Shown in pieces: positions 1-31,700 of a DNA stretch of 64,000 nt. The notes below the pieces were generated by a model. That model ran no database searches. It was not told where the DNA came from and saw nothing but the letters and a program-made list of their open reading frames with translations. Positions within the stretch are counted from its first letter, which is position 1. The number at the start of each line of letters is the position of its first letter. The translations under genes were made by a program, and so were the position numbers. Source of the stretch: Podarcis vaucheri (lineage: Eukaryota); NCBI GenBank assembly GCA_965113315.1, contig OZ220365.1. One strand, written 5' to 3'.

Positions 1-1654
1 TGTGTATAAAAGGGGGAGGTTGCTTATGTTTCTCAAAGTGTCAGTTTTATTAGGTCAAAGGTAAATTTAATTTCCTTATTGGAATCGAAACAGTTGTATT
101 TTTAGCATACATTTAAACACTTCGAAATGTCCCCTTCTATGCTTACAACCTGACATGGTATTTCCCAGCCTGCTGGAGATTTCTATCACTATGAGTAGAA
201 GCTGAGGAGTTTACGCGTAACAGCTTCCTATTTTCTTTTGCTCAAATGGTTTGTAACTGTATGCTTGGGTGAAATTGCTTCATGGTACGTCAGATTTTAT
301 TCCCTTAAATGCAGAATGGGTGTAGTAGAATACATAAAATGCTGTGAGCTAATTTTAAGAAGGCTAAAATGCAGACTAAGTGTTGGCAAAAGAAAATGAG
401 CTTGACCTTTAGGGAACAGTGTACACTGTTCTCCCATTATATTTGATATTTTAAAAAGATAATTGCTATTTAACATTAAATTACTACAGCATATTGTTTA
501 CAGATGAGGTAACCGGCAATGGCCTACACATGACACTTGTGCTGCGTGCCTTAATTCTTTAGCCAGTAAAGTATTCTTAAAACCTGTGTTACTGGCTGCA
601 TAAATATATATTGTATGACATGTATTAAAGATCCCTCCTTGGGGCTACTTTGCTCTATGGTAATACCTGTTAGCATTTCTGTAAACTAGTTTTTAAAAAG
701 AAACTGTAACCAAGACTCCTTTCTGTGCTGTGAGTTTGTATAGCGTATTCTATTCAGGCAAGCCAGGTTTGGTCCAAACCTTTGCTGAAACTATACTTAA
801 GGTATTAAATATCCATCTATGATAACATACTATTTTTCTTGTTTTTTGTTTTGTTTTTAGGACTACTGATTTATTTCAAGTTTCATACTTAGGGATTATT
901 TTAAGCATTTAGGCCAAGTAATTTGATGGACCGTTAGCTATTAAAACTCAGCTGCACACTTGGATTTAATATTTATTCAGGCAGATAATTGGTAGATGGG
1001 TGGAAAAGAATTTAGGATTTTACCCTTATTCATATGATAAAATACCATCAATTCCAAGGGAGAAAGAATGACTGAACTAAATTGCATAGCAAAAACTACA
1101 TGATGCCAGAACTGTTGTCCTAAATCCTAAGAAGTGTGCAGGTATGGTTTTCATTGCAACATATAAAACATTTGGTATGGTGCTTTAAAAGATCAGTCTC
1201 CATAAAACACAGAGCGAATATCCAATGCATACCTAGTCCCAAAGAGGTCCCATTGAATTCAGTGGAAATTGTCTTGAAATAAAAATCAATAGGAATGGAA
1301 TATCCTTTTGATTTCAGTGAAGTAGAGCTAAGTGCATGTTTAACCCTCCCACTGAAATGAATGAGACTTTGGCTGGATCTTGCCTAGTCTTCCTCTAAAT
1401 TCAATATTTACAGCCAGATGATAACACTTAATTTTTACATGAACAATTTATTTGGACAGATTATTGGGCTTTAGCTCACATAAGCATGATTTCCAACTGT
1501 TTAACCAAACCCTTCTTACTGAATGTGACCCTTATATAAATTTGGGACATTTGTTAATAAGAGTATTGCTAGAAAAAGAGAGAGACCACCTTTCTTCTTG
1601 CACTTAACATTTAAATGGCAGTTGCCTAACGATCACACTCATCACATTGTTAGT

Positions 1655-2545
1655 CAACAACTGTCTCTGAATTGTTTAAGAAGGCATGTAATTGGTGATG
1701 TGTTAGCCAGGGCATTTGGGTGTCCCCTAGTTTGTCTTTTATTTCTTGTGTTAATATGGGTTTGTTATTTTTGTAGAAGTCGGTTAGGTGGTATAAGCCT
1801 TTGATTTGCCAGGTTTCGAGTAGTAAAATCAGCTGCAACTGTGCACTTGACAACCTTCGAATACCTCCTAACAACAAAGGGACACAACAAAGGGATGGTA
1901 TCTGCAGTATACAAAATACTACTCCAAAATCCCACAAACCCTATATGTAATACAAAAACAATGGGAGAACGACATAGGCTATGCGATTAACCCCACCTAA
2001 TGGACCAGAATGTGGTCTAAACCTTTCAAATCCATATCGGCGAAAAGAAAAGAACTCAATCTGAAACTCACAGGTGGTGCCTAACACCACAGAAACTAAT
2101 GCTAATACAGAGGTACCTCAGGTTACATCCGCTTCAGGTTACGGACTCCGCTAACCCAGAAATAGTGCTTCAGGTTAAGAACTTTGCTTCAGGATGAGAA
2201 CAGGAATCGTGTTCCGGCGGTGCGGCGGCAGCAGCAGGAGGCCCCATTAGCTAAAGTGGTGCTTCAGGTTAAGAACAGTTTCAGGTTAAGAATGGACCTC
2301 CAGAAGGATTAAGTACTTAACCTGAGGTACCACTGTAAGCTCAGGAACCTCACCAAAATGCTGGAGAGGATGCACCTCCACAGGCACATACCTCCACATG
2401 TGGTGGGAATGTCCTAAAATCCAACTCTTCTGGACATCAGTCATACAAGAAATATGCAAAATAACTAAGCAAATATTAGAAGTCACTCCAGAACTGGCCC
2501 AACTAAACATCTTCCAAAACAATAATGCCCACTCAACACAAAAAC
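1655..2545. mobile_element. Degenerate L1-clade LINE ORF2 fragment: about 1655-1830 on - strand, about 1835-2545 on + strand, interrupted by a MITE
   Basis: - strand W..KGLYHLTDF...PWLTHHQL; + strand TTFEYLL...KGMVSAVYK and the Cys/His C-terminal motif CWRGC..TGTYLHMWWECP. Confidence 0.75.
2108..2335. mobile_element. Tc1/mariner-pogo (Tigger-like) MITE, family A, nested in the LINE fragment
   Basis: TA|CAG(A/T)GGTACCTCAGGTT...AACCTGAGGTACCACTG|TA termini; the LINE frame resumes across it. Confidence 0.88.
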
Positions 2546-3831
2546 TACTTTGGAAAATCCTGGTGAATGATTTTCACCAAGAGATGGATGGTGGAGTGCA
2601 ACCCTGTTACTGCTTCTGGACTCTCAGCAGCTTTTGATTCCATCAGCCATGGTATCCATGCTTTGACAAAATGGGACTTTGACTTCCTGTTTCTGCAAAT
2701 GGCAAAAAGGAGTGCTAGTCCGATCATCTGACGGACTCAAGCCCCTTGGAGATACAGGGGGAAGCACCAAGGCGAGGTGCACCCCTTAAAAGTCTTGAGA
2801 GGGTTCTCAAGGTGTTGAGGGGTCCAGCAGTCTGCAAAAGGGCTCTCCTGTGACCCTCAAACCCCTGTTCTGAGAGGAACGGGGGGGGGGAGACCGGTGA
2901 TTGAGCCTGCGGACATGGCAGTATTGCAACTCTGCGGGAGCGAAGCCTCAAACTCCCCCCTGCAGCAGAGATCTTCTGAAAACTACATTTAAGCTGACGG
3001 AAACAGAGAAGATTAATTATTGGATCTAACTAGGCTGAATTCGGCACTAGAGGGAGGAATAAAAAGAAAGTCAGATTTGCAGCCTGTCACCTACACTTTT
3101 TTACATTCCAGTGAAACTGGTAGGAGAGGTCATTTGGGGGCTAGAGCAGAAGACAGCTGCATATTCCTGCATTGTACAGGGTTAGACTAGATGATCCTCA
3201 GGGTCTCTTCCCACTCTGATTCCATGAAATCACATTTTTTATACAGAAAACACAATATCTTTTGTTTTATCTGCTTATCCCAGGGAGGCAGTAGATACCT
3301 TAACCAGGTATTTGGAGGCAGTTGTAGGATAAGGGCAAACAGCTTGGAGTTAGTGGAAGACCTCTGATCTGATGAAGGTTTGCAGTCAGTTTTGGACCGG
3401 GCTTCCTCCAACACTGCCCCCCGGTATGAAGTTTGGGGTACTCCTTTGTCTATTGACACCTATGGAAGCACAGGTGACCTCTATATAGGAGGTCTGCCTT
3501 TGACAACAGTTTGGGAACTGGTGCAGAATTAACCCCCCACCCCAAATACTTGTGGGGGCCTGGTGGTTTGATCAGATCACACCAATTTTGCATTAGCTGC
3601 ATTGTTTTCCCATTTATTTCCAAGTTCAATTTGGTATTGATTCTGACATGTAAACCTCAGAATGGTATATAATCTGATGATATGAAGGACTGTGTGTATG
3701 TATGCCCAAGAATGTGACCAAATGCTACGATTGGCCTTTAAAGCCCTGGTCAAGGTCTGTTAAGGTTGATCTGGTTGGTGGGCTTTTGCGATGATGATGC
3801 CATGCTTGTTGAATTCCCGCCCTGGGAACTA

Positions 3832-4149
3832 CAGTGGTGCCCCACAAGATGAATGCCTCGCAAGATGGAAAACTCGCTAGACGAAAGAGTTTTCCGTTTT
3901 GGAGGTGCTTCGCAAAACGAATTTCCTATGGGCTTGCATTGCAAGACGACAATGTCTTGCGAGTTCCTGCTGGTTTTTTCCCCTTTCCCACCCTTTTTCG
4001 AAGCCGCTAAGCCGCTTATCAGCTGATCTGATCAGCAGATAAGCCGCTAATAGCGCTAATCCGTCAATGGGCTTGCTTCGCAAGACGAAAAAACCGCTAG
4101 ACGAAGAGAATCACAGAACGGATTCTTTTCGTCTTGCGAGGCACCACTG
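3832..4149. mobile_element. Tigger-like MITE family B
   Basis: TA|CAGTGGTGCC...CAAGACGAA / TTCGTCTTGCGAGGCACCACTG|TA; three copies in the window. Confidence 0.88.
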
Positions 4150-4183
4150 TAATGCCTAGTTCTCTCGCTTGCAGCCTTTAAAT

Positions 4184-4739
4184 CAGTGTTTCCCAAACTT
4201 TTTTGGGCAACGGCACACCTGTTTACTGAAAAAAATCTCGCGGCACACCACCATTAAAGCCCCGCCCCGTGACGTCAGCGCGCAGCGTCACGCCGGGAGG
4301 GACCCACAAAAGTGAACGTTTTTTCCCTCCCCCTTGCCGGGGAACCTCCAAGCTTTGGGGGTGGGAGGAGGCAGCAGAGCGAGGGACTGAGGGACGGCAG
4401 CAACTGAGGCGGCGGCGGCTGTTGTGGTGGTGGTGGCGATAGCGGGCGGAGGAGGGGGCGGCGGCGGGGCTTGAGGAGCCGTCGCCGGGAGTTGCTGCTG
4501 TTGTTGCTGCTGCTGCCCGGACATGCCGGCCTCCTCCTCCTCCGCTGTCTCGCGCTCCTCCCTTTTGCACGCGCTGCCCCGCCGCTCGGCACCACCACCG
4601 CGGAGCCGCCCCCGGCTCGACGCGGATCCTCGCCGCCGCCACCTCTCACAGACCGACTCGCCCGCCTCCCTCCCACGGCACACCAGCCAATGTCTCACGG
4701 CACAGTAGTGTGCCGCGGAACACCGGTTGGGAAACACTG
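4184..4739. mobile_element. hAT (Charlie-like) MITE with a GC/CpG-rich, gene-like interior, copy 1
   Basis: TIR CAGTGTTTCCCAA / TTGGGAAACACTG; perfect 8-bp TSD CTTTAAAT. Confidence 0.93.
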
Positions 4740-4889
4740 CTTTAAATGAACACTTTCTATGTTCATTTAATTTTTCATGATAATTTTTCAAATATGATTA
4801 TTTACACTCCAAACTATGTGCACATAATTGCATTGTACCAAAAAGTTTTGGGATGTCAGTCTCTCCTTGTCTTCTGCTATAGTACATTA

Positions 4890-5114
4890 CAGTGGTACTT
4901 CAGGTTAAGTACTTAATTCGTTCTGGAGGTCCGTTCTTAACCTGAAACTGTTCTTAACCTGAAGCACCAGTTTAGCTAATGGGGCCTCCCGCTGCCGCCG
5001 CGTCGCCAGAGCACGATTTCTGTTCTTATCCTGAAGCAAAGTTCTTAACCTGAAGACTATTTTTGGGTTAGCGGAGTCTGTAACCTGAAGCGTATGTAAC
5101 CTGAGGTACCACTG
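4890..5114. mobile_element. Tigger-like MITE family A (opposite orientation to the 2108 copy)
   Basis: Same TIRs and interior, TA flanks. Confidence 0.88.
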
Positions 5115-6132
5115 TAATTGCAACACTTTCCTCCCTGAAAAACAAAAGTGGCTATTGCATGCTTAACAGAGGAATTAGAAAGTGCCACATACCTTCTGAT
5201 ATAATGAAAGCCATTAAGCATGTTAGAGCTATTTCCACATAAAACAAAAGTGCTCTGGGCAATTATTGCAACACCTAGAAATGCCTTTCTGTTAAATCAG
5301 GAGTGTTGTAAAATGAAAAGCAAAGTTTGCATGTTGAAACAGACATTTTCATCTGGATGATTTTGAACTTTGTTCACAATTTCTATTACAAAAGAAGATG
5401 TGTGTTTCAGAATCTCACTTATATTTGTCACTTCAATTTTTTCCCCTAGAGCTGCATTCCCAAATTAATCTTGTGTTTTTTTCCTGAGACTACCAATATG
5501 TTCAAGGCATTTATGCATTAAAAGGGGGAGTTTGTTTTAAAAATTACCAAAGCAATATAAGGCGAATCAGCACTCTCAGGCTTCCTACCAGATGCTGATT
5601 TTGTTCTCTGCATGTGTGAAATAAGTGGCTTTAAGAAACAAAGTAAATACAGATGAGAGGGATAGAGCAATTCACTTTTTGTGTTGCTTAGTAATGGCTG
5701 AATACCTGAATAAGCGTATGTTTTTAAGGGAGGGAGATAATAACAGACAAATTACTGGAGGCTAACTCTCATGGAGCATGACAGTTCATGAGCAGGTTTC
5801 TATTTTTATACGAGATATTTTGTATTGCTTGGCAAATCTGCAGTGCTTGGCTATTGAACAGCCTGATGCCCTTGCTTGCAAGATTGCTATTAGTTCTTAG
5901 ATTTTTATTGATGGCCACACTGTCTGTTATTTCAGTACATACACAAATGGAAGTGCATCCTCTTCCTTTGGTCCATTGATTAATAAAATGGAAGCATGGT
6001 GTGACTTTTAATTCTGTAGAAAAGAAATCTGAAACAATACAAAACTGCTTTCTAATGCATTCTTAGTTACCTACACTTTACCCCACAAGCGTTTTGTTCC
6101 CATCTCTCTACCTCTCTCTGTTTTTTATAAAG

Positions 6133-26680
<20,548 letters not shown>

Positions 26681-27469
26681 TCCAATAAGTGAACTAATAG
26701 AGATGTTGGTAATATTTCCTAGTTTCACAAGTGGAAGAACCCATAGGCATTAGATTTGTACACAGAAGGTCTCTATACTTAGCTATCCACTCACTGTACC
26801 AACAGTATTATTTCTAAGTAATTTTTCTGTACTTTCTTAACTGAAAGAATATTTAAGATGCAGATCTTTAAATGAATCTATAATTCAGCTAATATAATCT
26901 AAAGTGCAATATTGTTTGTCTTAAGAAAAGGCAGACATCTCTTGTGTAAGATGTTTTAAGATGCTGATGTTCAATGAGTTTTGAATGGCCTGTAACTGAA
27001 AAAGCTGTGAAATACGCTGTTAACTATTAAGTGCAACCACCTTATAAAGCATAAATGGCACCCATGATAAAACACTTAGATGATTTATTAATATGGCACA
27101 TAAGCTGTTTAAAATGTCTAGTACTTAACTGTTAACATTGTCTTCCTTCCTGCAGTTAATACCTTCAAGCTATAGTACCATCACAGCAACGATAGCATTG
27201 CTCAGTTACCTCACTTTTATCCTTCTCTAAAGCTGGAGTTATTGCTCTCTGTTTACCCAAAGAAGAGACACCTTAGAATGTTACTCCTTTACTGTCACCC
27301 CTCATCTTCTAGCTTCTCCTACTTTTTAGCTATTACTTCTTAAGAAATCCTAAATGTACTTCTAAATATGGGAAAATATCACCACTTCAGTGTACTTTAT
27401 GTTCTTAGAATTAAATCATGCTTTGCTTGTACAAATGTGGAAACAAATTCCACATCTGGAAGGTACGGA

Positions 27470-27475
27470 AATAAA
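27470..27475 (+). terminator. Probable UGP2 polyadenylation signal (AATAAA)
   Basis: AATAAA about 790 nt after the stop, followed by a U/GU-rich tract near 27499-27516; an ATTAAA also lies at 27410. Confidence 0.6.
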
Positions 27476-27585
27476 TAACATCAAGCCCCCTGTCTGAATT
27501 TTCTTTTTTGTTGTTAACAAAATCTGGCATTGTGCTTATCCTATTCTTAAAGAAGTTGCTCTCTTAAACAGCTCATTTTTACAAC

Positions 27586-27591
27586 TTTATT
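27586..27591 (-). terminator. Probable VPS54 distal polyadenylation signal (AATAAA on - strand)
   Basis: TTTATT on + strand about 1 kb past the VPS54 stop; a proximal ATTAAA candidate lies at 28332-28337. Confidence 0.55.
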
Positions 27592-28614
27592 TGATTGACA
27601 ACGACTTCTGCTAATGTTAACAGATAGGCATGCCTGTCTGAAGAAATCACAGGCACACAAACATGGTAGACTATCATTGTACATAATCATCACAAGAGTA
27701 GGCACTCACTGGGTTTAGGTAAAAATGCTGTGAGGTGAAATACACAGGCACTTCATTACTTAAGAGGCAGGTACCAGCCTGAAAGGTAGCATTAGAAAAA
27801 GTATTCATAAATTAGTCATGCCTCATCTCCTGCTGCACTTAAGTGTGTAGTCAGAACTACACTTAACATTTTAAATAGAGTGGGCAGGTGGGAAAGGGAA
27901 GTTGGCAAATTAGAAGTCCATGGAAGGGGTTCTTAAAAGAAGTGTTCAAAAAATTAACACAACACCTCCCCCCCCCCATAGTTTGACAAGCTTACTGGCT
28001 ATGATAAGCTATCTTATTAACATGCCCTTATACTCAGAATAAGTTGCAGGGCTTTACTTTCAAGAGCTGGGAAACATTTAAAATGTCATCTTCTGGTGGG
28101 AGTATGAAGATCATTTATAGAAATACTTTGGAACAGGATGCACCCTAACAAATCCAAATCTATGCAGATAAGACTTTATAGAAACATCTGTAAAAAAATA
28201 ATTTAACAGTAAAGTTTTATACTGAAAACATTTTCTATAATTCAACAGCAAGTATTTTCAAACTACCATCATTAAATAAAGGTGAGACACCATGTGAATT
28301 TCATTGCACTAGAGGAAATGCAAAGCATCTTTTTAATATAAAGATTTACAGAGCACTCTCTAGAAAACTACAGCTGTGTTACAGCTATATATTCTTTTGG
28401 ATTTGGTCCAAAGAAACCTGAGCCTCGTTCCAGAAAGAATGAAGAAATTGCACAGAGAACTGATCACTTTTCTGGCAAAAGAACTATCAAAGTCATTCCC
28501 ATAGTTGGTTTTCACCACATCACAAGGGAGCTTCCTCTTCTATGTTCCAAGAATTCATCTTCTACAAAGAAGAAACCATCCCATGCCAAGAGGCAATTCT
28601 GCTCTGCTGGACTA

Positions 28615-28720
28615 TCACCTCTTCTGTTCCCAGATTTCAGCCATGTTCAAGTCTAGGGTTTGAAGCCCTTTCAAAGCTTGGAGATTTCCAGTGTAAAAAG
28701 CTACATCTGCTGTAACCAAT
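28615..28720 (-). CDS. VPS54: VPS54 exon 23 coding part (LVTADVAFYTGNLQALKGLQTLDLNMAEIWEQKR*)
   Basis: tttcag|A acceptor; TGA at 28617-28615. Confidence 0.97.
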
Positions 28721-31700
28721 CTGAAACAGAAATGAACACATTGAGGAGACAAAAGGGCTGGATCTATAGGCAAGAATTTTAGATCTTGTTTCAAGCTAAG
28801 TGTTGTGCACTTGGTTTTGTGTGCTAAGCCTGATCTATTTTGCCTTGCACTGTATTTGTGTTGCATTTCAACACAAATACGCGGTGGCCCAAAAGTAGGT
28901 ATACTGCTTTAGAATCCATTTTCTTTGTACTTGACTCAAGTTTGCCGTCAGCATTCATAATAATCCTTTTATCTGACTCCACTATTATTTCTAAGTGCCA
29001 GCCTGAAATTTAACTGCAACTTTGTTGTGTGTCACCTATGTGTACCCAAATAATCTGTTGTGATGAATGTCATTGATTCAACTGTATACCTACTTTTGGG
29101 CCACCCTGTATAGTTAATACAGTTAGAAAATATCACCATCTACTATTAGTGTAAGGTAGTGGTAAAACTGTTTTTAATTCCTGAAGAGCTGTGATGTTCA
29201 AAATCACAAAATACTATGTTTTGTGTTTAATAATATAACTTCTATAAGATAACTACATCAAATATGCATCCATTAAATTCCATATTCTCTTGCTAGAATT
29301 CTTTCTCAAAACATTTATTGTATTCTGGATCTCAACACTTGTGTTCTTTCCCATAGCGTTAGGTCCTTTTCTGTGCACAGCCATCCAGCAGTATCTATCA
29401 AATGCTTAAAGGAGATAGACTGTATTTAGCAGCCTTACCCTTGAACTCCTATATAAAAAACCTTGTGTAACATACCCATTTTGAGGTCCTCCGTCATTGA
29501 CTACATTTAAGTGAGCCAATTGCCTCTTCAAGTGAAGTTTGTAGCTTGCATTAATTCTTAAAAACAACATCTAGAGAACAATATAGAAGTTCCTTTTTAG
29601 AATATATAGTAAGAACGTGAAAGGTTTTGTTCTCTTGAGGAGTGACTATGAAGAATACAGAAGACTCAACTTACGCTGAGGTTATGTTCTGGGGCTAGCG
29701 CGTAAAGCCAAAATTGTGTAATGTCAAAACACACTGGGTTCAGTGGTGGGTAGGATTGCCAAACTCTTCTTTTCCCATATGTCTGCCCCCTTATTTTTAT
29801 TTTATTGCCAAGCATATGTGTGCAAGTTAAATGCACTTAAGTTGTGAGTTGTACTCAGTTTCATGTACATACCCAACTTCGCATTTATGAGCCACTGTGC
29901 ACTTCCGCCAGCACAGAAATAATGAGCACTTCATAAATAATGGTTCCAGCATTTTTGTTTTTATTTTAAAAAACAACCCCCTAGTTCTCCATACTTTCCC
30001 CCGAACTGAAGGAATGGGTTTCCCAAACCCCTGTTTGGGGTTTCCTGGCCAACACACCAAGGCACAGGGAGGAGGGGCACTCTCCTCCCCCCCAATGGAG
30101 TTTGGGAAACCATGCTTAAGTATGGCATATACTTAAGTATGCTTAAGTATGGCATATTTTTTCATGATGTCATCTCACATAACAACTCTGCATGAATGGA
30201 CTGCGCCAAAGGTTAATAATATACAGCGGTGGTGTGAAGCTACTTATAGATGCTACAGTCCCACTTGGGGTGTGGCCATGGAGATATGGTTGTCGGTAGC
30301 TTTCACGTAGGGGCCATAATATTTAAACTAGTACCAAGAAATAGTTTACTTATTTTCTGATTCATGGGAATCTCCTTGCCCAAGCACACACAAACTTACA
30401 AGTAATAATTAATGAGGCAATATCTGCAATTAAATAGTATGTGTTACTTGTTTTAAATAGAAAGAGTCCATTACTTCTCCCATCCTGCCATACGAGACCT
30501 GGTGGGTTTGGCTCCCTCTAGCACTCGAGAGCAGGAATATACTTGCCTCTCAGGAACTTCTAACTAGCCCATTTCCAGAAGCAACCTCAGTCACTATTTC
30601 CACAGGTGGCAGCACACTACTCTGGGTCGCTGGCAAGACAATACCACCGGGCACTGCTTGCAACTGGAACTTTCTTCCATCTTTGTGTGGATCCTGTAAA
30701 CTTCTGATGGGTATTGGTAAGAGGACCCATGTGTGTGGGTTAACAAACAATAGGGAAATGGCTGGTGCCAGTTTTTAAAAACACGGGACTAGTGCATAAA
30801 GAGCCCCAGTAGCAGAGTTTAAATCTGGCATCAAGCAGATTAAAGAAGCACAGGATTGGGCTATTAAACCTTTTAATTCCATTCCTGCTGCTTGAGTCAA
30901 CTGGTCCCCTTCTACCCCACCCCATACAATGAAATAGACCACCCTCTGAAGTTAGTTTAAAAATGCTTTACTTAATCAAGTCACAGTCATGTAGCAACAT
31001 TAAGAAATGAAGATAATTGTTTTTGGGATGCTAAATACAGCAAAGGCAGCCTCAGACACACGAGGCATGTCTGCCTCCATTGTGTATGAGAAAGAGGGAG
31101 AGAAGAATATCTCTCCCATCACTGAACCTACTCTTTACTTACTAGCACAGTTAGGGTTGACTGCAGATCTCCCACAATTTCTTCCTTCTCTAACCTGGCA
31201 AAAAAACAAGAATGAGGTCGCTTCTGGGAAGGAGCTAGTTACAGGTTCCTAAGAGCCGAGTGCATTCCTGCCTTTGAATGCTAGGGGGAACCAGCCCACC
31301 TGGTTCAGCGTGACAACACAGAAATACCCAGTGGACCATTTCCCCGAGGCTATTAAAAGACTCCATAATTGAAGGCTTTACTTGCAGCCACATTTCAAAT
31401 GAGGTAAAGCTATTCCAATACTGATCTCTACTTTTTGAATATTTACTATTTATGTGTTACATAAAATAAGGAATAATTTACTTATGCATAGCGTTTTAAG
31501 CCAAGATCTTAAATAACATGAGATGTGATCCTCCTTGTATGAGTAATCAGCAAGTGTAGACTTCATTTGCAGATGCCTCTTCAACTATTGGGAGGATACG
31601 TGACACTCCTACAGCAGAAATAACACACCACTCAAAACGGTTCACCTGTGTTTGCTCCTCAGGAAGAAGGTCATATATTGCTTCATGCATCTTGGCCATC

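Noticed and set aside
3832-4149. Internally repeated motifs (GCAAGACGAA, AAGCCGCTA) superficially array-like
   Set aside because: Subterminal repeats of a TA-flanked MITE in a eukaryote; no regular repeat-spacer structure, so not CRISPR-like.
4223-4791. Overlapping 90-167 aa ORFs in several frames (also 38303-38832)
   Set aside because: They lie in the GC-rich MITE, where stop codons are rare, and some cross the TIR. They are not evidence of a gene at this site and are not transposase-like.
5788-5979. ORF starting MSRF, like the human UGP2 long isoform (MSRFVQD)
   Set aside because: There is no GT donor after the expected 19 nt. The nearby weak donor spliced to exon 2 gives MSRF-stop, and the rest has no UGP2 similarity. 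Likely coincidence; the true exon 1 is probably upstream of the window.
30112-30158. Small local duplication ATGCTTAAGTATGGCATAT
   Set aside because: Ordinary slippage-type duplication in an intron with no functional signal.
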